Shown piece after piece: positions 1-7,647 of a DNA stretch of 12,779 nucleotides. The notes under the pieces were generated by a model. The model did no database searches, was not told the DNA's origin, and saw nothing but the letters and a program-made list of their open reading frames with translations. Position numbers and translations under genes: made by a program. The stretch's first letter is position 1; every line of letters starts with the position of its first letter. Origin of the DNA: Candidatus Hodarchaeota archaeon (GTDB lineage Archaea; Asgardarchaeota; Heimdallarchaeia; Hodarchaeales; Hodarchaeaceae); contig JAHQWW010000110.1 of assembly GCA_029856365.1 (NCBI GenBank), forward strand, positions 1-12,779, read 5' to 3'.

Positions 1-399
1 GGTTCCAATCACTTTTCCCGATTTTATTGCTTCTTTTATAGCCAAAGCTGCTGCTAGACCTGCAACGCCTAACAGGTTATGTCCGCATCCATGACCAGGA
101 GCTCCTTCTTTTAGAGGTTTTTTTATTGGTTCAGTATTTTGACTAAGTCCAGGTAAAGCATCATATTCTCCTAGTATTGCAATTACTGGTTTTTCAGTTC
201 CATAACTGGCGATAAAGGCCGTTGGCATAAAAGCTACCCCCCGTTCTACTTTAAATCCAGCTTCTTCTAGAGTATATGCTAAAAGATTCGAGGATTTCTC
301 TTCTAACAAACCTATTTCAGCATAACTCCAAATTTGGTCACTAATTGTGATAAATTCCTCTCGGTTCTTCTCTAACCAATCTATGACGTTTTTAGACAA
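1..399 (-). CDS. M20 family amidohydrolase, p-aminobenzoyl-glutamate hydrolase subunit B (AbgB)-like; N-terminal part only, runs off the left edge
   Basis: Not in the ORF track; translated by hand: (MVVS)LSKNVIDWLEKNREEFITISDQIWSYAEIGLLEEKSSNLLAYTLEEAGFKVERGVAFMPTAFIASYGTEKPVIAILGEYDALPGLSQ...GAPGHGCGHNLLGVAGLAAALAIKE. GEYDALPGLSQ and GHGCGHNL are typical of AbgB-like M20 enzymes. Start is either TTG at 399 (GGTGGT just upstream) or in-frame ATG at 411. Confidence 0.92.
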   Translation of the reverse strand, partial: MSKNVIDWLEKNREEFITISDQIWSYAEIGLLEEKSSNLLAYTLEEAGFKVERGVAFMPTAFIASYGTEKPVIAILGEYDALPGLSQNTEPIKKPLKEGAPGHGCGHNLLGVAGLAAALAIKEAIKSGKVIGT

Positions 400-425
400 T
401 GATACCACCATTATACTTTCTATCT

Positions 426-445
426 GATCAAGAAATAAAGCTTAT
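426..445 (-). promoter_or_regulatory. Putative operator/promoter element ATAAGCT-N3-TTTCTTGATC upstream of the amidohydrolase
   Basis: Near-identical copy (ATAAGCT-N4-TTTCTTGATC) at 7450-7470, in the same orientation and at a similar distance from the start of the PCYOX-like gene. Confidence 0.45.
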
Positions 446-613
446 ACCTTGGGTTTTATACTCTTGATAGGATTATCTCTTCCTGATTATCTTTTTTAAC
501 ATAACCAGAGTTTCATGATTAAGGATTCATTTAAAGAAAATTAAGCTAGGATAGATTTCTAACTTTTTTTCTTCATTTCCCCATTTTCATCAATTCAGGT
601 ACTACATGGAGAG

Positions 614-641
614 TCTAAATCAGCACATAAATGGATTTAGA
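614..641 (-). terminator. Hairpin directly after the maa stop codon; possible terminator or 3' stabilising stem
   Basis: Perfect 8-bp inverted repeat TCTAAATC (614-621) / GATTTAGA (634-641) with a 12-nt loop, abutting the TGA at 642-644. No U-tract follows on the minus strand. Confidence 0.35.
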
Positions 642-1259
642 TCACAATTTTTTAGTTTTTAAGCTTTTTATAACTCGACAGGGATTTCCAAAAGCTATAA
701 CATTACTAGGGGTATCCTTAGTAACAACACTACCAGCACCAATACTGACCTGATCACCAATAGTTACTCCAGGACAAACAATAACACCACCACCAAACCA
801 ACAATTTTCCCCTATCTTTATAGGTAATCCTAATTCTAATCCTTTCATACGTGTTTCAGGTTCAGGGAGGTGAGTAGCGGAAAGAAGCTGACAATTAGGC
901 CCAAACATAGTATTTGCTCCAATCTCAACAGTATTTACATCTAAAATAACGCAATTATGATTCATGTAGACATACTCACCCATGGAAATATTGTAACCAT
1001 AATCACAGTAGAACGGTGGCTCAATGAAAACATAAGAGTCAACCTTACCGAACCATTCCTTTACAACCTTCATTCTTTCTTCCAATAATTCCTCTTCGCT
1101 GAAATTAAGTTCAGTTATTGAGTTATATCTCCACATCAGCTTTTTAGCCCTGTATCGATCACTAGTTAATTCAGGGTCACTTGAATAATATAGTTCACCT
1201 GCTAACATCTTCTCTTTTTCTGTTTTTTCGCCAGATTTGACATTATTATCTTCATTCAA
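642..1259 (-). CDS. maa: Maltose/galactoside O-acetyltransferase (Mac domain plus hexapeptide left-handed beta-helix)
   Basis: EKEKMLAGELY, PFYCDYGYNI, ATH, IGENCWFGG, PGVTIG, IGAGSVVTKD and GNPCRVIK motifs. TTG start preceded by GGTGA. Confidence 0.92.
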   Translation of the reverse strand: MNEDNNVKSGEKTEKEKMLAGELYYSSDPELTSDRYRAKKLMWRYNSITELNFSEEELLEERMKVVKEWFGKVDSYVFIEPPFYCDYGYNISMGEYVYMNHNCVILDVNTVEIGANTMFGPNCQLLSATHLPEPETRMKGLELGLPIKIGENCWFGGGVIVCPGVTIGDQVSIGAGSVVTKDTPSNVIAFGNPCRVIKSLKTKKL

Positions 1260-1434
1260 AATGAATCACCGACTAGAGCTTTATCAGTAACACAACTCTG
1301 GTTGCTAGTTATACTTTTTATATCAGAAGTGGAAATTACTTAGGGAGATGCTACTCCACAACTGATATTTGTTAAATAGCTAAAAAACAAAAATATTATT
1401 TGCTCATTGAAAGTAAGTACTAAAACTCCTGAAC

Positions 1435-2700
1435 GTGAACAAAATGAGGTTAAGAAACGAAGTTATCTTTTTTATTTCCCTTATTATCTCATTTGGAGTA
1501 TCCAACTACTCAAGTTACCCAAGATGTCACGTTTTAGAAAATAATTCCTATTCAGGTTACAGAGGTGTCAATTTAGGTAATTTTTTAGAGGCACCAAGTG
1601 AAGGAGAATGGAGTAATGGTATAATAATCCAAAAAAAGCATTTCTATCGAATTGCATCAGCAGGATTTAACCTTGTACGTATTCCTATCCGATGGAATGC
1701 TCATGCTATGGCTACTTCTCCTTATACTATTAATGATTCTTTCTTTGATCGTGTAGATTGGGTAATTAATCAAGGTTTTACGCAAAATCTGTCCATTATT
1801 ATTAATATTCATCATTATAATGAGCTAATGGATCATCCTGAAAGTCATAAGGACCGATTACTTGTTTTATGGCAACAAATTTCCCAACATTATCAGAACT
1901 ATTCAAATAATTTAATTTTCGAAATATTAAATGAACCATACGGCAATTTGACTAATACACTTTGGAACCAATACTTGCAAGAAGCAATTGATATTATTCG
2001 TATAGCCAATCCTAATAGAACACTGATCGTTGGCCCGACGGATTGGAATAATGTATGGGCGCTGAATGAACTCATACTTCCTCAAAATGATTCCAACATA
2101 GTAGTCACGTTCCACTTCTACTCTCCTTTCGAATTTACACACCAAGGTGCCGAATGGGTCTCTGGAAGTAATGCATGGTTAGGTAAAAATTGGAATGGAT
2201 CTCAATCTGAAAAAGATGCTATTAATTATGAATTTGACATTGCAATTAATTGGGCTAAAGCAAACAACAAAAGGTTATTTTTAGGAGAATTTGGTGTATA
2301 TCAATACGCTTTTACGAATAGTCGAATTAGATGGACCACTTATGTACGTACAAAGGCTGAATCACATCCCGAAATGTGGGGGTGGACCTACTGGGAGTTT
2401 TGTGCTGGTTTTGGGATTATGGATAGTAGTTTAACTTACTGGAACAAAGGATTATTGGGTTCTCTCCTTCCAGATAGTCCATTGATTATTATAACTAACA
2501 CCGATACACCCTCTACTACAACCAGTTCACTTCCTGCAACAGATACAACTACTGGGTCTGAAAATAGCACTGTTTCATATTCTATGTCCACCTCGCAGTC
2601 GAATATTTCATCAGTGTTCACTTATCTTGAAATACTACCCATTCTTCTTTTAATTTCCCCTATCACTGTATTCTATACCAAAAGAAGAATTAGAAAATAA
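1435..2700 (+). CDS. Glycoside hydrolase family 5 endoglucanase/mannanase (Thermotoga Cel5A-like), secreted and C-terminally membrane anchored
   Basis: RGVNLGNFLEAP, VRIPIRW, INIHHY, FEILNEP (acid/base E167), FHFYSPFEFTHQGAEW, LGEFG (nucleophile E285), WTYWEF. Has an N-terminal hydrophobic segment, a Ser/Thr-rich linker (aa 354-393), a hydrophobic helix and a KRRIRK tail. True start may be ATG 1444. Confidence 0.93.
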   Translation: MNKMRLRNEVIFFISLIISFGVSNYSSYPRCHVLENNSYSGYRGVNLGNFLEAPSEGEWSNGIIIQKKHFYRIASAGFNLVRIPIRWNAHAMATSPYTINDSFFDRVDWVINQGFTQNLSIIINIHHYNELMDHPESHKDRLLVLWQQISQHYQNYSNNLIFEILNEPYGNLTNTLWNQYLQEAIDIIRIANPNRTLIVGPTDWNNVWALNELILPQNDSNIVVTFHFYSPFEFTHQGAEWVSGSNAWLGKNWNGSQSEKDAINYEFDIAINWAKANNKRLFLGEFGVYQYAFTNSRIRWTTYVRTKAESHPEMWGWTYWEFCAGFGIMDSSLTYWNKGLLGSLLPDSPLIIITNTDTPSTTTSSLPATDTTTGSENSTVSYSMSTSQSNISSVFTYLEILPILLLISPITVFYTKRRIRK

Positions 2701-2721
2701 AATAATAGTTGGATTAACACA

Positions 2722-3876
2722 ATGGGATTTAAAATGAAAATTACCTCTCAACATGGCTTAAATCTCTTCCTTTTTTTAATTCTTGGAAGTATCATTGTGA
2801 ACAATCTTTTTTCCTATGATCTGTTCTGGACAGAACCCATGGAGACTCATGTGGATTTCTCAGAACATACTACTCCAATGGAGCCGATATTACACACTTA
2901 TCCACTTAAAATTATTCAAACCAAAGACGCAATATATTATGGGATTTGGCATGTGATGACAGAGGGACTAGAAGACTTATTCTTTTTCGGATCCACTAAT
3001 GATCACAATCAATGGTTCAATTTTATTTCTTTAGACGAAATTTTTTCAGAAATAGAGGGAAATTTAAGGAATTTTGATTTTATATTATTAGAAAATGATT
3101 CAATTGCACTTTTTGGAGTGGTATCCACTTCACAATTAGTGAATGATACGTGGATTGACAAAATTAACGTTATAATGAGTTTATCGGATAATGGAGGAAT
3201 GAGTTGGAGTAAGGTAGTACAAATCAATAGCACAGATCTCCGAAGTACTTATTTCGGGGTGTATCTTGATGATGATATCAAATTCTGGGTAATCGAAGAA
3301 GATTCTGGGGGTCATATTATATACATTAGAATCTGGACTTTTAATGAGAGTACAACTACAATCATACAGACTCACGTTTACCAACCTGAAACTAATTATC
3401 AAATTTATTGGGGAGGAGTCACATTCAATCATCAATTAATTTTTCTAGAGAGAGGGGTTAATATAAATCATCTACTCATCTTTGATGGTACAAATTGGGA
3501 ACAAATACCAATTACCTTGACTGAATATGATCTAGAAAGAATTACTGTTATTAGATCAACCCTTTATTTGATTTATACCTCACCTAACAATATGTTTTAC
3601 ATTGGAAAAGTTAACATTGAAGATCAAGGAACCAACGCAAAAATAACTGGATCAACAAAAATCATTGCAGGGATGAATTGGAATGTAATTTGGCCTATCG
3701 TAAACAGTACTAATACGACATTCTACTTTACTACACACCGTAATGATATTGCTTCAGTCAGAAATGCATTCAATTGGAGTACTGTACTCTTTATCCTTCT
3801 TTTTTCACTGATTTTCATATTAATTTGGCTGTGGCCTATTTTCAGTTCATATCTTTTTATGGAGAAAGAAAAATGA
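2722..3876 (+). CDS. Hypothetical surface protein with an Asp-box/BNR-like motif (probable beta-propeller) and N- and C-terminal TM helices
   Basis: 384-aa ORF with SDNGGMSW (aa 155-162) resembling the Asp-box, degenerate STNDHNQW and FDGTNW, a beta-strand-rich pattern, hydrophobic helices at both ends and 7 N-x-S/T sequons. Confidence 0.7.
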   Translation: MGFKMKITSQHGLNLFLFLILGSIIVNNLFSYDLFWTEPMETHVDFSEHTTPMEPILHTYPLKIIQTKDAIYYGIWHVMTEGLEDLFFFGSTNDHNQWFNFISLDEIFSEIEGNLRNFDFILLENDSIALFGVVSTSQLVNDTWIDKINVIMSLSDNGGMSWSKVVQINSTDLRSTYFGVYLDDDIKFWVIEEDSGGHIIYIRIWTFNESTTTIIQTHVYQPETNYQIYWGGVTFNHQLIFLERGVNINHLLIFDGTNWEQIPITLTEYDLERITVIRSTLYLIYTSPNNMFYIGKVNIEDQGTNAKITGSTKIIAGMNWNVIWPIVNSTNTTFYFTTHRNDIASVRNAFNWSTVLFILLFSLIFILIWLWPIFSSYLFMEKEK

Positions 3877-5024
3877 ATCTTTCCGAATTCTTTAGTTTAA
3901 ATCGCGAAAAAATTCGTCATTATAACAAACTTCAATTTTTAGTGTCATTAATTCTTCAATTGATTTTCCCTTTCCAAAAAGTGATTAGTTATGATTCATA
4001 TGGCAAAAGCACATTAAGAAGGGTTCATCTCATTTGCTATTTTCAAACAGATACGAACACTATAGTAATCCCATTTATTTTTCTAATATTTTTAATAATG
4101 ACTATATATTTCTATTTTATACAGACAGAAACAAAATATTTCGATTTCATGCCTCTAGCGCTAACACCTATCCTTGGTTATAGCATCTTCTCTTGGCTAG
4201 ACACACTAACCCACCCAATAACATTACCTCGTACGGAAACGTATATAGAACTAGGATTAATAATTCTAGGAATCTCAATAATCATTTATTATATATTTTA
4301 TTTTTATGATAGAATATCAGAAGGCGTAATAAATAGTAAATCAGAGAAAGATAAATTTAATACTAATAATAATACTCCTGCATCACGTCTAGAAGAACGA
4401 TGCATTGGTTTTCTTTTGTGTTTCTCAGTATTACCAATTGCTGTCACTATTCCTGCTTTGGGTATTTTTGCCACACATTTCATTAACACTGAAGAGGTTG
4501 CATTCTTTACAGCTTATGGGTTTCCACTTTTATTACCAGAATCATATATTTATTACAGAATATCCTCAATTATTGGTGACATTATATATAATCCGATTTT
4601 TTTCTCTCTGATTTCCCTAGTTTTGTTTTGTACAAGTATATTCGCTATTCGATCCATTTCTAAACGATCTACAATACAAATATCTGAAATCATTTTTATC
4701 ATTACAACATTGGGTTTTCTTTTCCTCATAAATTCTCTATTAATTTTTTCCCTTTATCTCGTTTTCCCTTGGTTTATAATTCCTTTTTGGATGATATATG
4801 ATAGTAAAAAAGATCCGAAACGACTAAAAAATGGTATAACATTAATAATAGTCATTTTAGGCACTGGGATAATAATAGTTTTTGTACAAAACCTGATTCC
4901 CATTGATTTTGGTCTTATGACAGCGGTAATTGGCTTGGATCAGATAAAAATGCGGCCTACATTTATTCTTTTAGCTCTACCGTATCTCATACACAGGATC
5001 CATCAAGGAAGTGTGGGGGAGTAG
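3873..5024 (+). CDS. Hypothetical polytopic membrane protein (about 9-10 hydrophobic segments)
   Basis: Start moved from the track's 3774 to ATG 3873 (MNLSEFF), which overlaps the upstream TGA as ATGA. Many hydrophobic stretches, with a central polar loop (SKSEKDKFNTNNNTP). Confidence 0.75.
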   Translation: MNLSEFFSLNREKIRHYNKLQFLVSLILQLIFPFQKVISYDSYGKSTLRRVHLICYFQTDTNTIVIPFIFLIFLIMTIYFYFIQTETKYFDFMPLALTPILGYSIFSWLDTLTHPITLPRTETYIELGLIILGISIIIYYIFYFYDRISEGVINSKSEKDKFNTNNNTPASRLEERCIGFLLCFSVLPIAVTIPALGIFATHFINTEEVAFFTAYGFPLLLPESYIYYRISSIIGDIIYNPIFFSLISLVLFCTSIFAIRSISKRSTIQISEIIFIITTLGFLFLINSLLIFSLYLVFPWFIIPFWMIYDSKKDPKRLKNGITLIIVILGTGIIIVFVQNLIPIDFGLMTAVIGLDQIKMRPTFILLALPYLIHRIHQGSVGE

Positions 5025-5098
5025 AAAAATTAAGGCAAGAATAAGCTCCTTAAACAAACATAGCGCGTATTAGAATTAAAATTAACAATAAAACACAA

Positions 5099-5106
5099 TT
5101 TTAAAA
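5099..5106 (+). promoter_or_regulatory. Candidate archaeal TATA box for the DUF362 gene
   Basis: TTTTAAAA begins 28 nt before ATG 5127 and follows an A-rich stretch. Spacing fits a leaderless or short-leader transcript, but the AT-rich background weakens this. Confidence 0.3.
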
Positions 5107-5126
5107 TAAGGTGTAGTTGTAAGAAG

Positions 5127-6071
5127 ATGGTAATTGTTTCTGTTGTCCAAAATGAGAATGTTGAATTCGCAGTTCAAAAGGTAATTAGTCTTCTTGGAGG
5201 GATTGAGAGGTTTTTAAATCCTCGAGATAAAGTAATTATCAAACCAAACTTGGTTGTAGATCTCCCCTCAGACACGGGGGTAACAACTGATCCACGAGTT
5301 GTCCAAGCTATCGTAGAGTTGTGTAAACGCGTAGATCCGTCAAAAATTACTATTGCCGAGGGATCAGGTGGAGTAGATACCAAAATTGCATTTGAAAGAT
5401 GCGGATACACTGACCTGGCACAGAAATATAACGTCGAGCTCCTAGACTTAAATGAGAGTCAAACTAGATTGGTGGATGTCCCAAATGGTAAAGCTATCGA
5501 TGTGTTGAATGTTCCAGATGTCATACTTGAGAGCGATGTTCTAATAAATGTGCCCAAACTTAAGTTATATTCATACCCCTGGGCAAGCCTAGCTATCAAG
5601 AATCTCTTGGGTACTGTTCCTGGAAAGGGAGAATACTCACAAACTTCATCTCTGGATTTTCCCATTAAGTTATCTAATGAATATTTGACACCCGAAAGAA
5701 AAGGTCCATGGTTTGGTCCAAGGGGTGAAAAGCAGAGGATCCACAAGAAATTTGCTGAAAGCATTGTGGATTTGAATACGGTGATACAGCCATCCTTAAC
5801 CGTAATAGACGGTATTGTGGCAGGTTATGGAAAAAAATTTTCAGAGGGAGCAAAGCCCCTAGAACTCAATACAATACTTGCTGGTAAGGATCCTCTAGCA
5901 CTTGATTACATTGCGACTAAGATAGCTGGACTGAATCCGCTCGAAATATCATATCTTAAGCACGCATCAGAAAGGGGGATTGGAGAATCGGATTACCACC
6001 TAATTCAAGTTGTAGGAACTCCTTTGGATAAGATCATAAAAACTTGGGAAAATAGATTGGCTAACAAATAA
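5127..6071 (+). CDS. DUF362 family protein (no fused ferredoxin domain)
   Basis: VIIKPNLV, TTDPRVV, IAEGSG, LINVPKLK, AIKNLLG, TVIDGI and DPLALD motifs in the order typical of DUF362. Confidence 0.85.
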   Translation: MVIVSVVQNENVEFAVQKVISLLGGIERFLNPRDKVIIKPNLVVDLPSDTGVTTDPRVVQAIVELCKRVDPSKITIAEGSGGVDTKIAFERCGYTDLAQKYNVELLDLNESQTRLVDVPNGKAIDVLNVPDVILESDVLINVPKLKLYSYPWASLAIKNLLGTVPGKGEYSQTSSLDFPIKLSNEYLTPERKGPWFGPRGEKQRIHKKFAESIVDLNTVIQPSLTVIDGIVAGYGKKFSEGAKPLELNTILAGKDPLALDYIATKIAGLNPLEISYLKHASERGIGESDYHLIQVVGTPLDKIIKTWENRLANK

Positions 6072-6112
6072 TTACAACCTGATCGATCTTGTAATGAGGA
6101 TGATTTTATCAT
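6071..6112. terminator. Short inverted repeats between convergent genes; possible bidirectional terminator
   Basis: ATTACAA (6071-6077) / TTGTAAT (6089-6095) enclosing GATCGATC, followed by ATGAT-TTT-ATCAT (6100-6112). Confidence 0.3.
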
Positions 6113-6122
6113 TAATCTATTT

Positions 6123-7421
6123 CTATGAGTTTTTTGCTAGAGCTATTTTCAACAGTAACGCTACATTCTTTGCTGCTACTATCGCTGTTTCCAGTGTTGA
6201 TGCGATTGATTCTATGGTATTAATATTAAACAGCCTCATATCTAAAATAAATGGTTGAAATTCTCTGAATGGCTTCGCTATAGGATGTGCAAATTCCCAA
6301 ACATAATCTTCTTCTATTATTCGTTCTAAAAACATTTGTTGTACTAGATCGTCAGTTATTGGATTGGTAGCAAATAGATTATAGATGTACAGACCATTTT
6401 CTGTTTTTCCTAATGTTTCTAAATTATCAAATGGACCTTTGAAATCTGCAGTTGTTAATAACAATTCAGGAATATCAGTAATGTTTTGTAATCCAAAATA
6501 TTGTGGATTAAGTAAGCCCGTGATAAGTTTGATGTAAACCTTCTGATATTTTCGATATGTCATTTCTGGTAATGTGATATTTGTAAACTCTATTTTGAGT
6601 TGTTCAAATGGAGCAGCTAGAATCACCGCATCAAACTCCTCTGAACTCCCTTTCTGATTTGTTAGATTGTAAGTTCCTTGATCTGTTTTGATTATCTTTG
6701 TTATTTTATATTTTAGTTTCACGTCGGCATCTGCAGATTTTATAAGTTTGTTATTAAATTGAACATTCCCATTTTTTAATTTGTAAAGTGGTGTTCCATC
6801 GGAAGCAATAATTGTAGTAATACCCGCAAAACCACCAATATCAATATTCTGATGGTAAATGTATCGTACTCCTGGTTCTAGAATTTCTTTGATTAACTTA
6901 GATGACACACCATTCTCTAGGAGAACATTTTCTAATGTTTTTAATTTCAGAGCTACAATAAAAGGAATGTTTAGCAATTCTTCACATGTTTTGTAAGCGA
7001 ATTCAAAATGGTTGTTCGTGTAGAGCTTTAAAATTTCCCTCTTCGATTTTTTTAGTAAATAATGAAGCCTGAGGGCACTCAATCGATAGCGAAACAATAA
7101 TCTTAGGTTAGTCACTAAAGGAGATTTATTTGATTTATATATGAATTTGGATCCATCCCACACTCCTATGACTGGTAGAACGAATTTTTCTGTCTCTAAG
7201 GAAAACTTTCTCACAAATTCTAGGATATTTTGATTAATTGTATGAAAAAAGGTTCCCCCAAGTTCAATCATTACTGGTTCGATTTTTCGTGCAAGTAAAC
7301 GGCCACCAATACGATCATTGGCTTCAAAGATTGTAATATTCATATCATCAGGGATTAATTCTTTAACAAAATATGCAGCAGAACATCCCCCAATACCTGA
7401 TCCAATTATTGCTAATTTCAT
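6123..7421 (-). CDS. FAD-dependent oxidoreductase, prenylcysteine oxidase/lyase (PCYOX1)-like
   Basis: Rossmann motif IIGSGIGGCSAAYF, IGGRL, ELGGTFFH. Downstream motifs GVWDG, LLFRY, RYIYHQ, DAVILAAP, GLLNPQYFG, LLTT, W-x-x-AHP and NTIESIASTLETAIVAAKNVALL match my recollection of eukaryotic PCYOX along the full length. ATG 7421 has GGTGGG upstream; ATG 7433 is an alternative start. Confidence 0.85.
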   Translation of the reverse strand: MKLAIIGSGIGGCSAAYFVKELIPDDMNITIFEANDRIGGRLLARKIEPVMIELGGTFFHTINQNILEFVRKFSLETEKFVLPVIGVWDGSKFIYKSNKSPLVTNLRLLFRYRLSALRLHYLLKKSKREILKLYTNNHFEFAYKTCEELLNIPFIVALKLKTLENVLLENGVSSKLIKEILEPGVRYIYHQNIDIGGFAGITTIIASDGTPLYKLKNGNVQFNNKLIKSADADVKLKYKITKIIKTDQGTYNLTNQKGSSEEFDAVILAAPFEQLKIEFTNITLPEMTYRKYQKVYIKLITGLLNPQYFGLQNITDIPELLLTTADFKGPFDNLETLGKTENGLYIYNLFATNPITDDLVQQMFLERIIEEDYVWEFAHPIAKPFREFQPFILDMRLFNINTIESIASTLETAIVAAKNVALLLKIALAKNS

Positions 7422-7449
7422 TCTACCCACCATTTTTCTTACTTATTTC

Positions 7450-7470
7450 GATCAAGAAACTCCAGCTTAT
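7450..7470 (-). promoter_or_regulatory. Putative operator/promoter element ATAAGCT-N4-TTTCTTGATC upstream of the PCYOX-like gene
   Basis: Second copy of the motif at 426-445. Confidence 0.45.
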
Positions 7471-7610
7471 TCGTATCATTAATGTTAATGGTATCTAAAA
7501 GTTCTTTCTATCCCAAAAAACAATGGATTATAAACAATTCCTGTAAGTGGTTTTTATAGGAGTAGGTTTGTTAATATCTACAAAAATGTTAGAAAAAAGC
7601 TGACCCATTG

Positions 7611-7625
7611 GAAATTTTTTAAATA
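7611..7625 (+). promoter_or_regulatory. Candidate archaeal BRE/TATA promoter for a leaderless MttB-family mRNA
   Basis: GAAATTTTTTAAATA, with TTTAAATA starting 30 nt before ATG 7648. No Shine-Dalgarno-like sequence precedes that ATG. Confidence 0.45.
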
Positions 7626-7647
7626 CCACAGAATTCTTGGATTATTT

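Noticed and set aside
471-492. Direct repeat GATTATCT twice upstream of the amidohydrolase
   Set aside because: Only two 8-nt copies in AT-rich DNA; too weak to call.
3774-3872. N-terminal extension of the membrane protein given by the ORF track
   Set aside because: It would overlap the upstream gene by about 100 nt; ATG 3873 gives a standard ATGA overlap.
1927-5764. Short alternative-frame or antisense ORFs (1927-2145, 2436-2621, 3009-3233, 3181-3435, 4304-4489, 4405-4611, 5174-5410, 5459-5764)
   Set aside because: All nested within longer, better supported genes and lack recognisable motifs; treated as shadow ORFs.
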